Assembly: GCF_009914755.1 (NCBI RefSeq)
Contig: NC_060925.1
Length of the DNA stretch: 64,000 nt
DNA from: the human T2T-CHM13v2.0 reference genome, Homo sapiens
Strand: one strand, 5' to 3'
Within the stretch, counting starts at the first letter, position 1. Each line of letters opens with the position of its first letter. The notes beneath the pieces are model-generated. The model searched no databases, was not told the origin of the DNA, and saw only the letters and a list, made by a program, of their open reading frames with translations. Positions 28,801 to 44,900 of the stretch are shown one piece after another. A program made the position numbers and the translations under genes.

Positions 28801-31800
28801 AATCGAATGGAATCATCGAGTGGAATCGAATGTAATCATCATCAAATGGAATCAAAAATAACCATCATCAAATGGAATCAAAAATAACCATCATCAATTG
28901 GTATTGAATGGAATTCTCATCAAATGGAATTCAAAGGAATCATCATCAAATGGAACCGAATGGAATCCTCATTGAATGGAAATGAAAGGGGTCATCATCT
29001 AATGGAATCACATGGAATCATCATAAAATGGAATCGAATGGAATCAACATCAAATGGAATCAAATGGAATAATTGAACGGAATTGAATGGAATCGTCATC
29101 GAATGAATTGAATGCAATCATCGAATGGTCTCGAATGGAATCATCTTCAAATGGAATGGAATGGAATCATCGCATAGAATCGAAAGGAATTATCATCGAA
29201 TGGAATCGAATGGAATCAACACCAAACGGAAAAAAACGGAATTATCGAATGGAATCGAAGAGAATCATCGAATGGACCCGAATGGAATCATCTAATGGAA
29301 TGGAATGGAATAATCCATGGACTCGAATGCAATCATCATCGAATGGAATCGAATGGAATCATCGAATGGACTCGAATGGAATAATCATTGAACGGAATCG
29401 AATGGAATCATCATCGGATGGAAATGAATGGAATCATCATCGAATGGAATCGAATAGAATTATGGAATGAAATCCAGTGTGATCATCATCGAATGGACCC
29501 GAATGGAATCATCATCCAACGGATGCTAATGGAATCAACATCGAATGAATCAAATGGAAACACCATCGAATTGAAACGAATGGAATTACCATGAAATTGA
29601 AATGGATGGACTCATCATCGAATGGATTCGAAAGGAATCATCGAATAAAATTGATTGAAATCATCATCGAATGGAATCGAATGGTATCATTGAATGGAAT
29701 CAAATGGAATCATCATCAGATGGAAATGAATGGAATCGTCATAGAATGGAATCGAATGGATTCATTGAATGGAATCAGATGGAATCATTGAATGGACTGG
29801 AATGGAATCATTGAATGGACTCGAAAGGGATCATTATTGAATGGAATTGAATGGAATCATCGAATGGTCTCGATTGGAATCATTATCAAATGGAATCGAA
29901 TGGAATCACCGAATAGAATCGAATGGAACAATCATCGAATGGACTCAAATGGAATTATCCTCAAATGGAATTGAATGGAATTATCGAATGCAATCGAATG
30001 GAATTATCGAATGCAATCGAATAGAATCATCGAATGGACTCGAATGGAATCATCGAATGGAATGGAATGGAACAGTCAATGAACTCGAATGGAATCATCA
30101 TTGAATGGAATCGAATGGAATCATCGAGTGGAATCGAATGTAATCATCATCAAATGGAATCAAAAATAACCATCATCAAATGGAATCAAAAATAACCATC
30201 ATCAATTGGTATTGAATGGAATTCTCATCAAATGGAATTCAAAGGAATCATCATCAAATGGAACCGAATGGAATCCTCATTGAATGGAAATGAAAGGGGT
30301 CATCATCTAATGGAATCGCATGGAATCATCATCAAATGGAATCGAATGGAATCAACATCAAATGGAATCAAATGGAATCATTGAACGGAATTGAATGGAA
30401 TCGTCATCAAATGAATTGAATGCAATCATCGAATGGTCTCGAATGGAATCATCTTCAAATGGAATGGAATGGAATCATCGCATAGAATCGAATGGAATTT
30501 TCATCGAATGGAATCGAATGGAATCAACATCAAACGGAAAAAAACGGAATTATCGAATGGAATCGAAGAGAATCACCGAATGGACCCGAATGGAATCATC
30601 TAATGGAATGGAATGGAATAATCCATGGACTCGAATGCAATCATCATCGAATGGAATCGAATGGAATCATCGAATGGACTCGAATGGAATAATCATTGAA
30701 CGGAATCGAATGGAATCATCATCGGATGGAAATGAATGGAATCATCATCGAATGGAATCGAATAGAATTATGGAATGAAATCCAGTGTGATCATCATCGA
30801 ATGGACCCGAATGGAATCATCATCCAACGGATGCTAATGGAATCAACATCGAATGAATCAAATGGAAACACCATCGAATTGAAACGAATGGAATTACCAT
30901 GAAATTGAAATGGATGGACTCATCCTCAAATGGATTCGAGTGGAATCATCGAATAAAATTGATTGAAATCATCATCGAATGGAATCGAATGGTATCATTG
31001 AATGGAATCGAATGGAATCATCATCAGATGGAAATGAATGGAATCGTCATAGAATGGAATCGAATGGATTCATTGAATGGAATCAGATGGAATCATTGAA
31101 TGGACTGGAATGGAATCATTGAATGGACTCGAAAGGGATCATTATTGAATGGAATTGAATGGAATCATCGAATGGTCTCGATTGGAATCATTATCAAATG
31201 GAATCGAATGGAATCACCGAATAGAATCGAATGGAACAATCATCGAATGGACTCAAATGGAATTATCCTCAAATGGAATTGAATGGAATTATCGAATGCA
31301 ATCGAATGGAATTTTCGAATGCAATCGAATAGAATCATCGAATGGACTCGAATGGAATCATCGAATGGAATGGAATGGAACAGTCAATGAACTCGAATGG
31401 AATCATCATTGAATGGAATCGAATGGAATCATCGAGTGGAATCGAATGTAATCATCATCAAATGGAATCAAAAATAACCATCATCAAATGGAATCAAAAA
31501 TAACCATCATCAATTGGTATTGAATGGAATGCTCATCAAATGGAATTCAAAGGAATCATCATCAAATGGAACCGAATGGAATCCTCATTGAATGGAAATG
31601 AAAGGGGTCATCATCTAATGGAATCGCATGGAATCATCATAAAATGGAATCGAATGGAATCAACATCAAATGGAATCAAATGGAATATTTGAAAGGAATT
31701 GAATGGAATCGTCATCGAATGAATTGAATGCAATCATCGAATGGTCTCGAATGGAATCATCTTCAAATGGAATGCAATGGAATCATCGCATAGAATCGAA

Positions 31801-32987
31801 AGGAATTATCATCGAATGGAATCGAATGGAATCAACACCAAACGGAAAAAAACGGAATTATCGAATGGAATCGAAGAGAATCATCGAATGGACCCGAATG
31901 GAATCATCTAATGGAATGGAATGGAATAATCCATGGACTCGAATGCAATCATCATCGAATGGAATCGAATGGAATCATCCAATGGACTCGAATGGAATAA
32001 TCATTGAACGGAATCGAATGGAATCATCATCGGATGGAAATGAATGGAATCATCATCGAATGGAATCGAATAGAATTATGGAATGAAATCCAGTGTGATC
32101 ATCATCGAATGGACCCGAATGGAATCATCATCCAACGGATGCTAATGGAATCAACATCGAATGAATCAAATGGAAACACCATCGAATTGAAACGAATGGA
32201 ATTACCATGAAATTGAAATGGATGGACTCATCATCGAATGGATTCGAAAGGAATCATCGAATAAAATTGATTGAAATCATCATCGAATGGAATCGAATGG
32301 TATCATTGAATGGAATCGAATGGAATCATCATCAGATGGAAATGAATGGAATCATCATAGAATGGAATCGAATGGATTCATTGAATGGAATCAGATGGAA
32401 TCATCGAATGGACTGGAATGGAATCATTGAATGGACTCGAAAGAGATCATGATTGAATGGAATTGAATAGAATCATCGAATGGTCTCGATTGGAATCATT
32501 ATCAAATGGAATCGAATGGAATCACCGAATAGAATCGAATGGAACAATCATCGAATGGACTCAAATGGAATTATCCTCAAATGGAATCGAATGGAATTAT
32601 CGAATGCAATCGAATAGAATCATCGAATGGACTCGAATGGAATCATCGAATGGAATGGAATGGAACAGTCAATGAACTCGAATGGAATCATCATTGAATG
32701 GAATCGAATGGAATCATCGAGTGGAATCGAATGGAATTATGATCAAATGGAATCGAATGTAATCATCATCAAATGGAATCAAAAATAACCATCATCAATT
32801 GGTATTGAATGGAATTGTCATCAAATGGAATTCAAAGGAAACATCATCAAATGGAACCGAATGGAATCCTCATTGAATGGAAATGAAAGGGGTCATCATC
32901 TAATGGAATCGCATGGAATCATCATCAAATGGAATCGAATGGAATCATCATCAAATGGAATCTAATGGAATCATTCAACAGAATTGA
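22547..32987 (+). repeat. Sub-array of eight consecutive 1308-bp units lacking block A (last copy 1285 bp)
   Basis: Starts at 22547, 23855, 25163, 26471, 27779, 29087, 30395, 31703 (exact 1308 spacing); next A block at 32988. Confidence 0.93.
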
Positions 32988-35900
32988 ATGGAATCGTCAT
33001 CGAATGAATTGAATGCAATCATCGAATGGTCTCGAATGGAACCATCTTGTAATGGAAAGGAATGGAATCATCGCATAGAATCGAATGGAATTGTCATCGA
33101 ATGGAATCGAATGGTATCAACACCAAACGGAAAAAAACGGAATTATCGAATGGAATCGAAGAGAATCTTCGAACGGACCCGAATGGAATCATCTAATGGA
33201 ATGGAATGGAATAATCCATGGACTCGAATGCAATCATCATCGAATGGAATCGAATGGAATCATCGAATGGACTCGAATGGAATAATCATTGAACGGAATC
33301 GAATGGAATCATCATCGGATGGAAACGAATGGAATCATCATCGGATGGGAATGAAAGGAGTCATCATCTAATGGAATTGCATGGAATCATCGTAAAATGG
33401 AATCGAATGGAATCAACATCAAATGGAATCAAATGGAATCATTGAACGGAATTGAATGGAATCGTCATCGAATGAATTGAATGCAATCATCGAATGGTCT
33501 CGAATGGAATCATCTTCAAATGGAATGGAATGGAATCATTGCATAGAATCGAATGGAATTATCATCGAATGGAATCCAATGGTATCAACATCAAACGGAA
33601 AAAAACAGAATTATCGTATGGAATCGAAGAGAATCATCGAATGGACCCGAATGGAATCATCTAATGGAATGGAATGGAATAATCCATGGACTCGAATGCA
33701 ATCATCATCGAATGGAATCGAATGGAATCATCGAATGGACTCGAATGGAATAATCATTGAACGGAATCGAATGGAATCATCATCGGATGGAAATGAATGG
33801 AATCATAATCGAATGGAATCGAATAGAATTATGGAATGAAATCCAGTGTGATCATCATCGAATGGACCCGAATGGAATCATCATCCAACGGAAGCTAATG
33901 GAATCAACATCGAATGAATCGAATGGAAACACCATCGAATTGAAACGAATGGAATTATCATGAAATTGAAATGGATGGACTCATCATCGAATGGATTCGA
34001 ATGGAATCATCGAATAAAATTGATTGAAATCATCATCCAATAGAATCGAATGGTATCATTGAATGGAATCGAATGGAATCTTCATCAGATGGAAATGAAT
34101 GGAATCGTCATAGAATGGAATCGAATGGATTCATTGAATGGAATCAGATGGAATCATCGAATGGACTGGAATGGAATCATTGAATGGACTCAAAAGGGAT
34201 CATTATTGAATGGAATTGAATGGAATCATCGAATGGTCTCGATTGGAATCATTATCAAATGGAATCGAATGGAATCACCGAACAGAATCGAATGGAACAA
34301 TCATCGAATGGACTCAAATGGAATTATCCTCAAATGGAATCGAATGGAATTATCGAATGCAATCGAATGGAATTATCGAATGCAATCGAATAGAATCATC
34401 GAATGGACTCGAATGGAATCATCGAATGGAATGGAATGGAACAGTCAATGAACTCGAATGGAATCATCATTGAATGGAATCGAATGGAATCATCGAGTGG
34501 AATCAAATGGAATTATGATCAAATGGAATCGAATGTAATCATCATCAAATGGAATCAAAAATAACCATCATCAATTGGTATTGAATGGAATTGTCATCAA
34601 ATGGAATTCAAAGGAATCATCATCAAATGGAACCGAATGGAATCCTCATTGAATGGAAATGAAAGGGGTCATCATCTAATGGAATCGCATGGAATCATCA
34701 TCAAATGGAATCGAATGGAATCATCATCAAATGGAATCTAATGGAATCATTGAACAGAATTGAATGGAATCGTCATCGAATGAATTGAATGCAATCATCG
34801 AATGGTCTCGAATGGAATCATCTTCTAATGGAAATGAATGGAATCATCGCATAGAATCGAATGGAATTATCATCGAATGTAATCGAATGGTATCAACACC
34901 AAACGGAAAAAAACGGAATTATCGAATGGAATCGAAGAGAATCTTCGAACGGACCCGAATGGAATCATCTAATGGAATGGAATGGAATAATCCATGGACT
35001 CGAATGCAATCATCATCGAATGGAATCGAATGGAATCATCGAATGGACTCGAATGGAATAATCATTGAACGGAATCGAATGGAATCATCATCGGATGGAA
35101 ACGAATGGAATCATCATCGAATGGAAATGAAAGGAGTCATCATCTAATGGAATTGCATGGAATCATCATAAAATGGAATCGAATGGAATCAACATCAAAT
35201 GGAATCAAATGGAATCATTGAGCGGAATTGAATGGAATCGTCATCGAATGAATTGACTGCAATCATCGAATGGTCTCGAATGGAATCATCTTCAAATGGA
35301 ATGGAATGGAATCATCGCATAGAATCGAATGGAATTATCATCGAATGGAATCGAATGGAATCAACATCAAACGGAAAAAAACGGAATTATCGAATGGAAT
35401 CGAAGAGAATCATCGAATGGACCCGAATGGAATCATCTAATGGAATGGAATGGAATAATCCATGGACTCGAATGCAATCATCATCTAATGGAATCGAATG
35501 GAATCATCGAATGGACTCGAATGGAATAATCATTGAACGGAATCGAATGGAATCATCATCGGATGGAAATGAATGGAATCATCATCGAATGGAATCGAAT
35601 AGAATTATGGAATGAAATCCAGTGTGATCATCATCGAATGGACCCGAATGGAATCATCATCCAACGGAAGCTAATGGAATCAACATCGAATGAATCGAAT
35701 GGAAACACCATCGAATTGAAACGAATGGAATTATCATGAAATTGAAATGGATGGACTCATCATCGAATGGATTCGAATGGAATCATCGAATAAAATTGAT
35801 TGAAATCATCATCCAATGGAATCGAATGGTATCATTGAATGGAATCGAATGGAATCATCATCAGATGGAAATGAATGGAATCGTCATAGAATGGAATCGA

Positions 35901-38900
35901 ATGGATTCATTGAATGGAATCAGATGGAATCATCGAATGGACTGGAATGGAATCATTGAATGGACTCGAAAGGGATCATTATTGAATGGAATTGAATGGA
36001 ATCATCGAATGGTCTCGATTGGAATCATTATCAAATGGAATGGAATGGAATCACCGAATAGAATCGAATGGAACAATCATCGAATGGACTCAAATGGAAT
36101 TATCCTCCAATGGAATCGAATGGAATTATCGAATGCAATCGAATGGAATTATCGAATGCAATCGAATAGAATCATCGAATGGACTCGAATGGAATCATCG
36201 AATGGAATGGAATGGAACAGTCAATGAACTCGAATGGAATCATCATTGAATGGAATCGAATGGAATCATCGAGTGGAATCGAATGGAATTATGATCAAAT
36301 GGAATCGAATGTAATCATCATCAAATGGAATCAAAAATAACCATCATCAATTGGTATTGAATGGAATTGTCATCAAATGGAATTCAAAGGAATCATCATC
36401 AAATAGAACCGAATGGAATCCTCATTGAATGGAAATGAAAGGGGTCATCATCTAATGGAATCGCATGGAATCATCATCAAATGGAATCGAATGGAATCAT
36501 CATCAAATGGAATCTAATGGAATCATTGAACAGAATTGAATGGAATCGTCATCGAATGAATTGAATGCAATCATCGAATGGTCTCGAATGGAATCATCTT
36601 CTAATGGAAAGGAATGGAATCATCGCATAGAATCGAATGGAATTATCATCGAATGGAATCGAATGGTATCAACACCAAACGGAAAAAAACGGAATTATCG
36701 AATGGAATCGAAGAGAATCTTCGAACGGACCCGAATGGAATCATCTAATGGAATGGAATGGAATAATCCATGGACTCGAATGCAATCATCATCGAATGGA
36801 ATCGAATGGAATCATCGAATGGACTTGAATGGAATAATCATTGAACGGAATCGATTGGAATCATCATCGGATGGAAACGAATGGAATCATCATCGAATGG
36901 AAATGTAAGGAGTCATCATCTAATGGAATTGCATGGAATCATCATAAAATGGAATCGAATGGAATCAACATCAAATGGAATCAAATGGAATCATTGAACG
37001 GAATTGAATGGAATCGTCATCGAATGAATTGACTGCAATCATCCAATGGTCGCGAATGGAATCATCTTCAAATGGAATGGAATGGAATCATCGCATAGAA
37101 TCGAATGGAATTATCATCGAATGGAATCGAATGGAATCAACATCCAACGGAAAAAAACGGAATTATCGAATGGAATCGAAGAGAATCATCGAATGGACCC
37201 GAATGGAATCATCTAATGGAATGGAATGGAATAATCCATGGACTCGAATGCAATCATCATCGAATGGAATCGAATGGAATCATCGAATGGACTCGAATGG
37301 AATAATCATTGAACGGCATCGAATGGAATCATCATCGGATGGAAATGAATGGAATCATCATCGAATGGAATCGAATAGAATTATGGAATGAAATCCAGTG
37401 TGATCATCATCGAATGGACCCGAATGGAATCATCATTCAACGGAAGCTAATGGAATCAACATCGAATGAATCAAATGGAAACACCATCGAATTGAAACGA
37501 ATGGAATTATCATGAAATTGAAATGGATGGACTCATCATCGAATGGATTCGAATGGAATCATCGAATAAAATTGTTTGAAATCATCATCGAATGGAATCC
37601 AATGGTATCATTGAATGGAATCGAATGGAATCATCATCAGATGGAAATGAATGGAATCGTCATAGAATGGAATCGAATGGATTCATTGAATGGAATCAGA
37701 TGGAATCATCGAATGGACTGGAATGGAATCATTGAATGGACTCGAAAGGGATCATGATTGAATGGAATTGAATGGAATCATCGAATGGTCTCGATTGGAA
37801 TCATTATCAAATGGAATCGAATGGAATCACCGAATAGAATCGAATGGAACAATCATCGAATGGACTCAAATGGAATTATCCTCAAATGGAATCGAATGGA
37901 ATTATCGAATGCAATCGAATGGAATTATCGATTGCAATCGAATAGAATCATCGAATGGACTCGAATGGAATCATCGAATGGAATGGAATGGAACAGTCAA
38001 TGAACTCGAATGGAATCATCATTGAATGGAATCGAATGGAATCATCGAGTGGAATCGAATGGAATTATGATCAAATGGAATCGAATGTAATCATCATCAA
38101 ATGGAATCAAAAATAACCATCATCAATTGGTATTGAATGGAATTGTCATCAAATGGAATTCAAAGGAATCATCATCAAATGGAACCGAATGGAATCCTCA
38201 TTGAATGGAAATGAAAGGGGTCATCATCTAATGGAATCGCATGGAATCATCATCAAATGGAATCGAATGGAATCATCATCAAATGGAATCTAATGGAATC
38301 ATTGAACAGAATTGAATGGAATCGTCATCGAATGAATTGAATGCAATCATCGAATGGTCTCGAATGGAATCATCTTCTAATGGAAAGGAATGGAATCATC
38401 GCATAGAATCGAATGGAATTATCATCGAATGGAATCGAATGGTATCAACACCAAACGGAAAAAAACGGAATTATCGAATGGAATCGAAGAGAATCTTCGA
38501 ACGGACCCGAATGGAATCATCTAATGGAATGGAATGGAATAATCCATGGACTCGAATGCAATCATCATCGAAAGGAATCGAATGGAATCATCGAATGGAC
38601 TCGAATGGAATAATCATTGAACGGAATCGATTGGAATCATCATCGGATGGAAACGAATGGAATCATCATCGAATGGAAATGAAAGGAGTAATCATCTAAT
38701 GGAATTGCATGGAATCATCATAAAATGGAATCGAATGGAATCAACATCAAATGGAATCAAATGGAATCATTGAACGGAATTGAATGGAATCGTCATCGAA
38801 TGAATTGAATGCAATCATCCAATGGTCTCGAATGGAATCATCTTCAAATGGAATGGAATGGAATCATCGCATAGAATCGAATGGAATTATCATCGAATGG

Positions 38901-41900
38901 AATCGAATGGAATCAACATCCAACGGAAAAAAACGGAATTATCGAATGGAATCGAAGAGAATCATTGAATGGACCCGAATGGAATCATCTAATGGAATGG
39001 AATGGAATAATCCATGGACTCGAATGCAATCATCATCGAATGGAATCGAATGGAATCATCGAATGGACTCGAATGGAATAATCATTGAACGGAATCGAAT
39101 GGAATCATCATCGGATGGAAATGAATGGAATCATCATCGAATGGAATCGAATAGAATTATGGAATGAAATCCAGTGTGATCATCATCGAATGGACCCGAA
39201 TGGAATCATCATCCAACGGAAGCTAATGGAATCAACATCGAATGAATCAAATGGAAACACCATCGAATTGAAACGAATGGAATTATCATGAAATTGAAAT
39301 GGATGGACTCATCATCGAATGGATTCGAATGGAATCATCGAATAAAATTGATTGAAATCATCACCGAATGGAATCGAATGGTATCATTGAATGGAATCGA
39401 ATGGAATCATCATCAGATGGAAATGAATGGAATCGTCATAGAATGGAATCGAATGGATTCATTGAATGGAATCAGATGGAATCATCGAATGGACTGGAAT
39501 GGAATCATTGAATGGACTCGAAAGGGATCATGATTGAATGGAATTTAATGGAATCATCGAATGGTCTGGATTGGAATCATTATCAAATGGAATCGAATGG
39601 AATCACCGAATAGAATCGAATGGAACAATCATCGAATGGACTCAAATGGAATTATCCTCAAATGGAATCGAATGGAATTATCGAATGCAATCGAATGGAA
39701 TTATCGAATGCAATCGAATAGAATCATCTAATGGACTCGAATGGAATCATCGAATGGAATGGAATGGAACAGTCAATGAACTCGAATGGAATCATCATTG
39801 AATGGAATCGAATGGAATCATCGAGTGGAATCGAATGGAATTATGATCAAATGGAATCGAATGTTATCATCATCAAATGGAATCAAAAATAACCATCATC
39901 AATTGGTATTGAATGGAATTGTCATCAAATGGAATTCAAAGGAATCATCATCAAATGGAACCGAATGGAATCCTCATTGAATGGAAATGAAAGGGGTCAT
40001 CATCTAATGGAATCGCATGGAATCATCATCAAATGGAATCGAATGGAATCATCATCAAGTGGAATCTAATGGAATCATTGAACAGAATTGAATGGAATCG
40101 TCATCGAATGAATTGAATGCAATCATCAAATGGTCTCGAATGGAATCATCTTCTAATGGAAAGGAATGGAATCATCGCATAGAATCGAATGGAATTATCA
40201 TCGAATGGAATCGAATGGTATCAACACCAAACGGAAAAAAACGGAATTATCGAATGGAATCGAAGAGAATCTTCGAACGGACCCGAATGGAATCATCTAA
40301 TGGAATGGAATGGAATAATCCATGGACTCGAATGCAATCATCATCGAAAGGAATCGAATGGAATCATCGAATGGACTCGAATGGAATAATCATTGAACGG
40401 AATCGATTGGAATCATCATCGGATGGAAACGAATGGAATCATCATCGAATGGAAATGAAAGGAGTAATCATCTAATGGAATTGCATGGAATCATCATAAA
40501 ATGGAATCGAATGGAATCAACATCAAATGGAATCAAATGGAATCATTGAACGGAATTGAATGGAATCGTCATCGAATGAATTGAATGCAATCATCCAATG
40601 GTCTCGAATGGAATCATCTTCAAATGGAATGGAATGGAATCATCGCATAGAATCGAATGGAATTATCATCGAATGGAATCGAATGGAATCAACATCCAAC
40701 GGAAAAAAACGGAATTATCGAATGGAATCGAAGAGAATCATTGAATGGACCCGAATGGAATCATCTAATGGAATGGAATGGAATAATCCATGGACTCGAA
40801 TGCAATCATCATCGAATGGAATCGAATGGAATCATCGAATGGACTCGAATGGAATAATCATTGAACGGAATCGAATGGAATCATCATCGGATGGAAATGA
40901 ATGGAATCATCATCGAATGGAATCGAATAGAATTATGGAATGAAATCCAGTGTGATCATCATCGAATGGACCCGAATGGAATCATCATCCAACGGAAGCT
41001 AATGGAATCAACATCGAATGAATCAAATGGAAACACCATCGAATTGAAACGAATGGAATTATCATGAAATTGAAATGGATGGACTCATCATCGAATGGAT
41101 TCGAATGGAATCATCGAATAAAATTGATTGAAATCATCACCGAATGGAATCGAATGGTATCATTGAATGGAATCGAATGGAATCATCATCAGATGGAAAT
41201 GAATGGAATCGTCATAGAATGGAATCGAATGGATTCATTGAATGGAATCAGATGGAATCATCGAATGGACTGGAATGGAATCATTGAATGGACTCGAAAG
41301 GGATCATGATTGAATGGAATTTAATGGAATCATCGAATGGTCTGGATTGGAATCATTATCAAATGGAATCGAATGGAATCACCGAATAGAATCGAATGGA
41401 ACAATCATCGAATGGACTCAAATGGAATTATCCTCAAATGGAATCGAATGGAATTATCGAATGCAATCGAATGGAATTATCGAATGCAATCGAATAGAAT
41501 CATCTAATGGACTCGAATGGAATCATCGAATGGAATGGAATGGAACAGTCAATGAACTCGAATGGAATCATCATTGAATGGAATCGAATGGAATCATCGA
41601 GTGGAATCGAATGGAATTATGATCAAATGGAATCGAATGTTATCATCATCAAATGGAATCAAAAATAACCATCATCAATTGGTATTGAATGGAATTGTCA
41701 TCAAATGGAATTCAAAGGAATCATCATCAAATGGAACCGAATGGAATCCTCATTGAATGGAAATGAAAGGGGTCATCATCTAATGGAATCGCATGGAATC
41801 ATCATCAAATGGAATCGAATGGAATCATCATCAAGTGGAATCTAATGGAATCATTGAACAGAATTGAATGGAATCGTCATCGAATGAATTGAATGCAATC

Positions 41901-44900
41901 ATCAAATGGTCTCGAATGGAATCATCTTCTAATGGAAAGGAATGGAATCATCGCATAGAATCGAATGGAATTATCATCGAATGGAATCGAATGGTATCAA
42001 CACCAAACGGAAAAAAACGGAATTATCGAATGGAATCGAAGAGAATCTTCGAACGGACCCGAATGGAATCATCTAATGGAATGGAATGGAATAATCCATG
42101 GACTCGAATGCAATCATCATCGAAAGGAATCGAATGGAATCATCGAATGGACTCGAATGGAATAATCATTGAACGGAATCGATTGGAATCATCATCGGAT
42201 GGAAACGAATGGAATCATCATCGAATGGAAATGAAAGGAGTAATCATCTAATGGAATTGCATGGAATCATCATAAAATGGAATCGAATGGAATCAACATC
42301 AAATGGAATCAAATGGAATCATTGAACGGAATTGAATGGAATCGTCATCGAATGAATTGAATGCAATCATCCAATGGTCTCGAATGGAATCATCTTCAAA
42401 TGGAATGGAATGGAATCATCGCATAGAATCGAATGGAATTATCATCGAATGGAATCGAATGGAATCAACATCCAACGGAAAAAAACGGAATTATCGAATG
42501 GAATCGAAGAGAATCATTGAATGGACCCGAATGGAATCATCTAATGGAATGGAATGGAATAATCCATGGACTCGAATGCAATCATCATCGAATGGAATCG
42601 AATGGAATCATCGAATGGACTCGAATGGAATAATCATTGAACGGAATCGAATGGAATCATCATCGGATGGAAATGAATGGAATCATCATCGAATGGAATC
42701 GAATAGAATTATGGAATGAAATCCAGTGTGATCATCATCGAATGGACCCGAATGGAATCATCATCCAACGGAAGCTAATGGAATCAACATCGAATGAATC
42801 AAATGGAAACACCATCGAATTGAAACGAATGGAATTATCATGAAATTGAAATGGATGGACTCATCATCGAATGGATTCGAATGGAATCATCGAATAAAAT
42901 TGATTGAAATCATCACCGAATGGAATCGAATGGTATCATTGAATGGAATCGAATGGAATCATCATCAGATGGAAATGAATGGAATCGTCATAGAATGGAA
43001 TCGAATGGATTCATTGAATGGAATCAGATGGAATCATCGAATGGACTGGAATGGAATCATTGAATGGACTCGAAAGGGATCATGATTGAATGGAATTTAA
43101 TGGAATCATCGAATGGTCTGGATTGGAATCATTATCAAATGGAATCGAATGGAATCACCGAATAGAATCGAATGGAACAATCATCGAATGGACTCAAATG
43201 GAATTATCCTCAAATGGAATCGAATGGAATTATCGAATGCAATCGAATGGAATTATCGAATGCAATCGAATAGAATCATCTAATGGACTCGAATGGAATC
43301 ATCGAATGGAATGGAATGGAACAGTCAATGAACTCGAATGGAATCATCATTGAATGGAATCGAATGGAATCATCGAGTGGAATCGAATGGAATTATGATC
43401 AAATGGAATCGAATGTTATCATCATCAAATGGAATCAAAAATAACCATCATCAATTGGTATTGAATGGAATTGTCATCAAATGGAATTCAAAGGAATCAT
43501 CATCAAATGGAACCGAATGGAATCCTCATTGAATGGAAATGAAAGGGGTCATCATCTAATGGAATCGCATGAAATCATCATCAAATGGAATCGAATGGAA
43601 TCATCATCAAGTGGAATCTAATGGAATCATTGAACAGAATTGAATGGAATCGTCATCGAATGAATTGAATGCAATCATCAAATGGTCTCGAATGGAATCA
43701 TCTTCTAATGGAAAGGAATGGAATCATCGCATAGAATCGAATGGAATTATCATCGAATGGAATCGAATGGTATCAACACCAAACGGAAAAAAACGGAATT
43801 ATCGAATGGAATCGAAGAGAATCTTCGAACGGACCCGAATGGAATCATCTAATGGAATGGAATGGAATAATCCATGGACTCGAATGCAATCAAAATCGAA
43901 TGGAATCGAATGGAATCATCGAATGGACTCGAATGGAATAATCATTGAACGGAATCGAATGGAATCATCATCGGATGGAAACGAATGGAATCATCATCGA
44001 ATGGAAATGAAAGGAGTCATCATCTAATGGAATTGCATGGAATCATCATAAAATGGAATCGAATGGAATCAACATCAAATGGATTCAAATGGAATCATTG
44101 AACGGAATTGAATGGAATCGTCATCGAATGAATTGACTGCAATCATCGAATGGTCTCGAATGGAATCATCTTCAAATGGAATGGAATGGAATCATCGCAT
44201 AGAATCGAATGGAATTATCATCGAATGGAATCGAATGGAATCAACATCAAACGGAAAAAAACGGAATTATCGAATGGAATCGAAGAGAATCATCGAATGG
44301 ACCCGAATGGAATCATCTAATGGAATGGAATGGAATAATCCATGGACTCGAATGCAATCATCATCGAATGGAATCAAATGGAATCATCGAATGGACTCGA
44401 ATGGAATAATCATTGAACGGAATCGAATGGAATCGTCATCGGATGGAAATGAATGGAATCATCATCGAATGGAATCGAATAGAATTATGGAATGAAATCC
44501 AGTGTGATCATCATCGAATGGACCCGAATGGAATCATCATCCAACGGAAGCTAATGGAATCAACATCGAATGAATCGAATGGAAACACCATCGAATTGAA
44601 ACGAATGGAATTATCATGAAATTGAAATGGATGGACTCATCATCGAATGGATTCGAATGGAATCATCGAATAAAATTGATTGAAATCATCATCCAATGGA
44701 ATCGAATGGTATCATTGAATGGAATCGAATGGAATCATCATCAGATGGAAATGAATGGAATCGTCATAGAATGGAATCGAATGGATTCATTGAATGGAAT
44801 CAGATGGAATCATCGAATGGACTGGAATGGAATCATTGAATGGACTCGAAAGGGATCATTATTGAATGGAATTGAATGGAATCATCGAATGGTCTCGATT

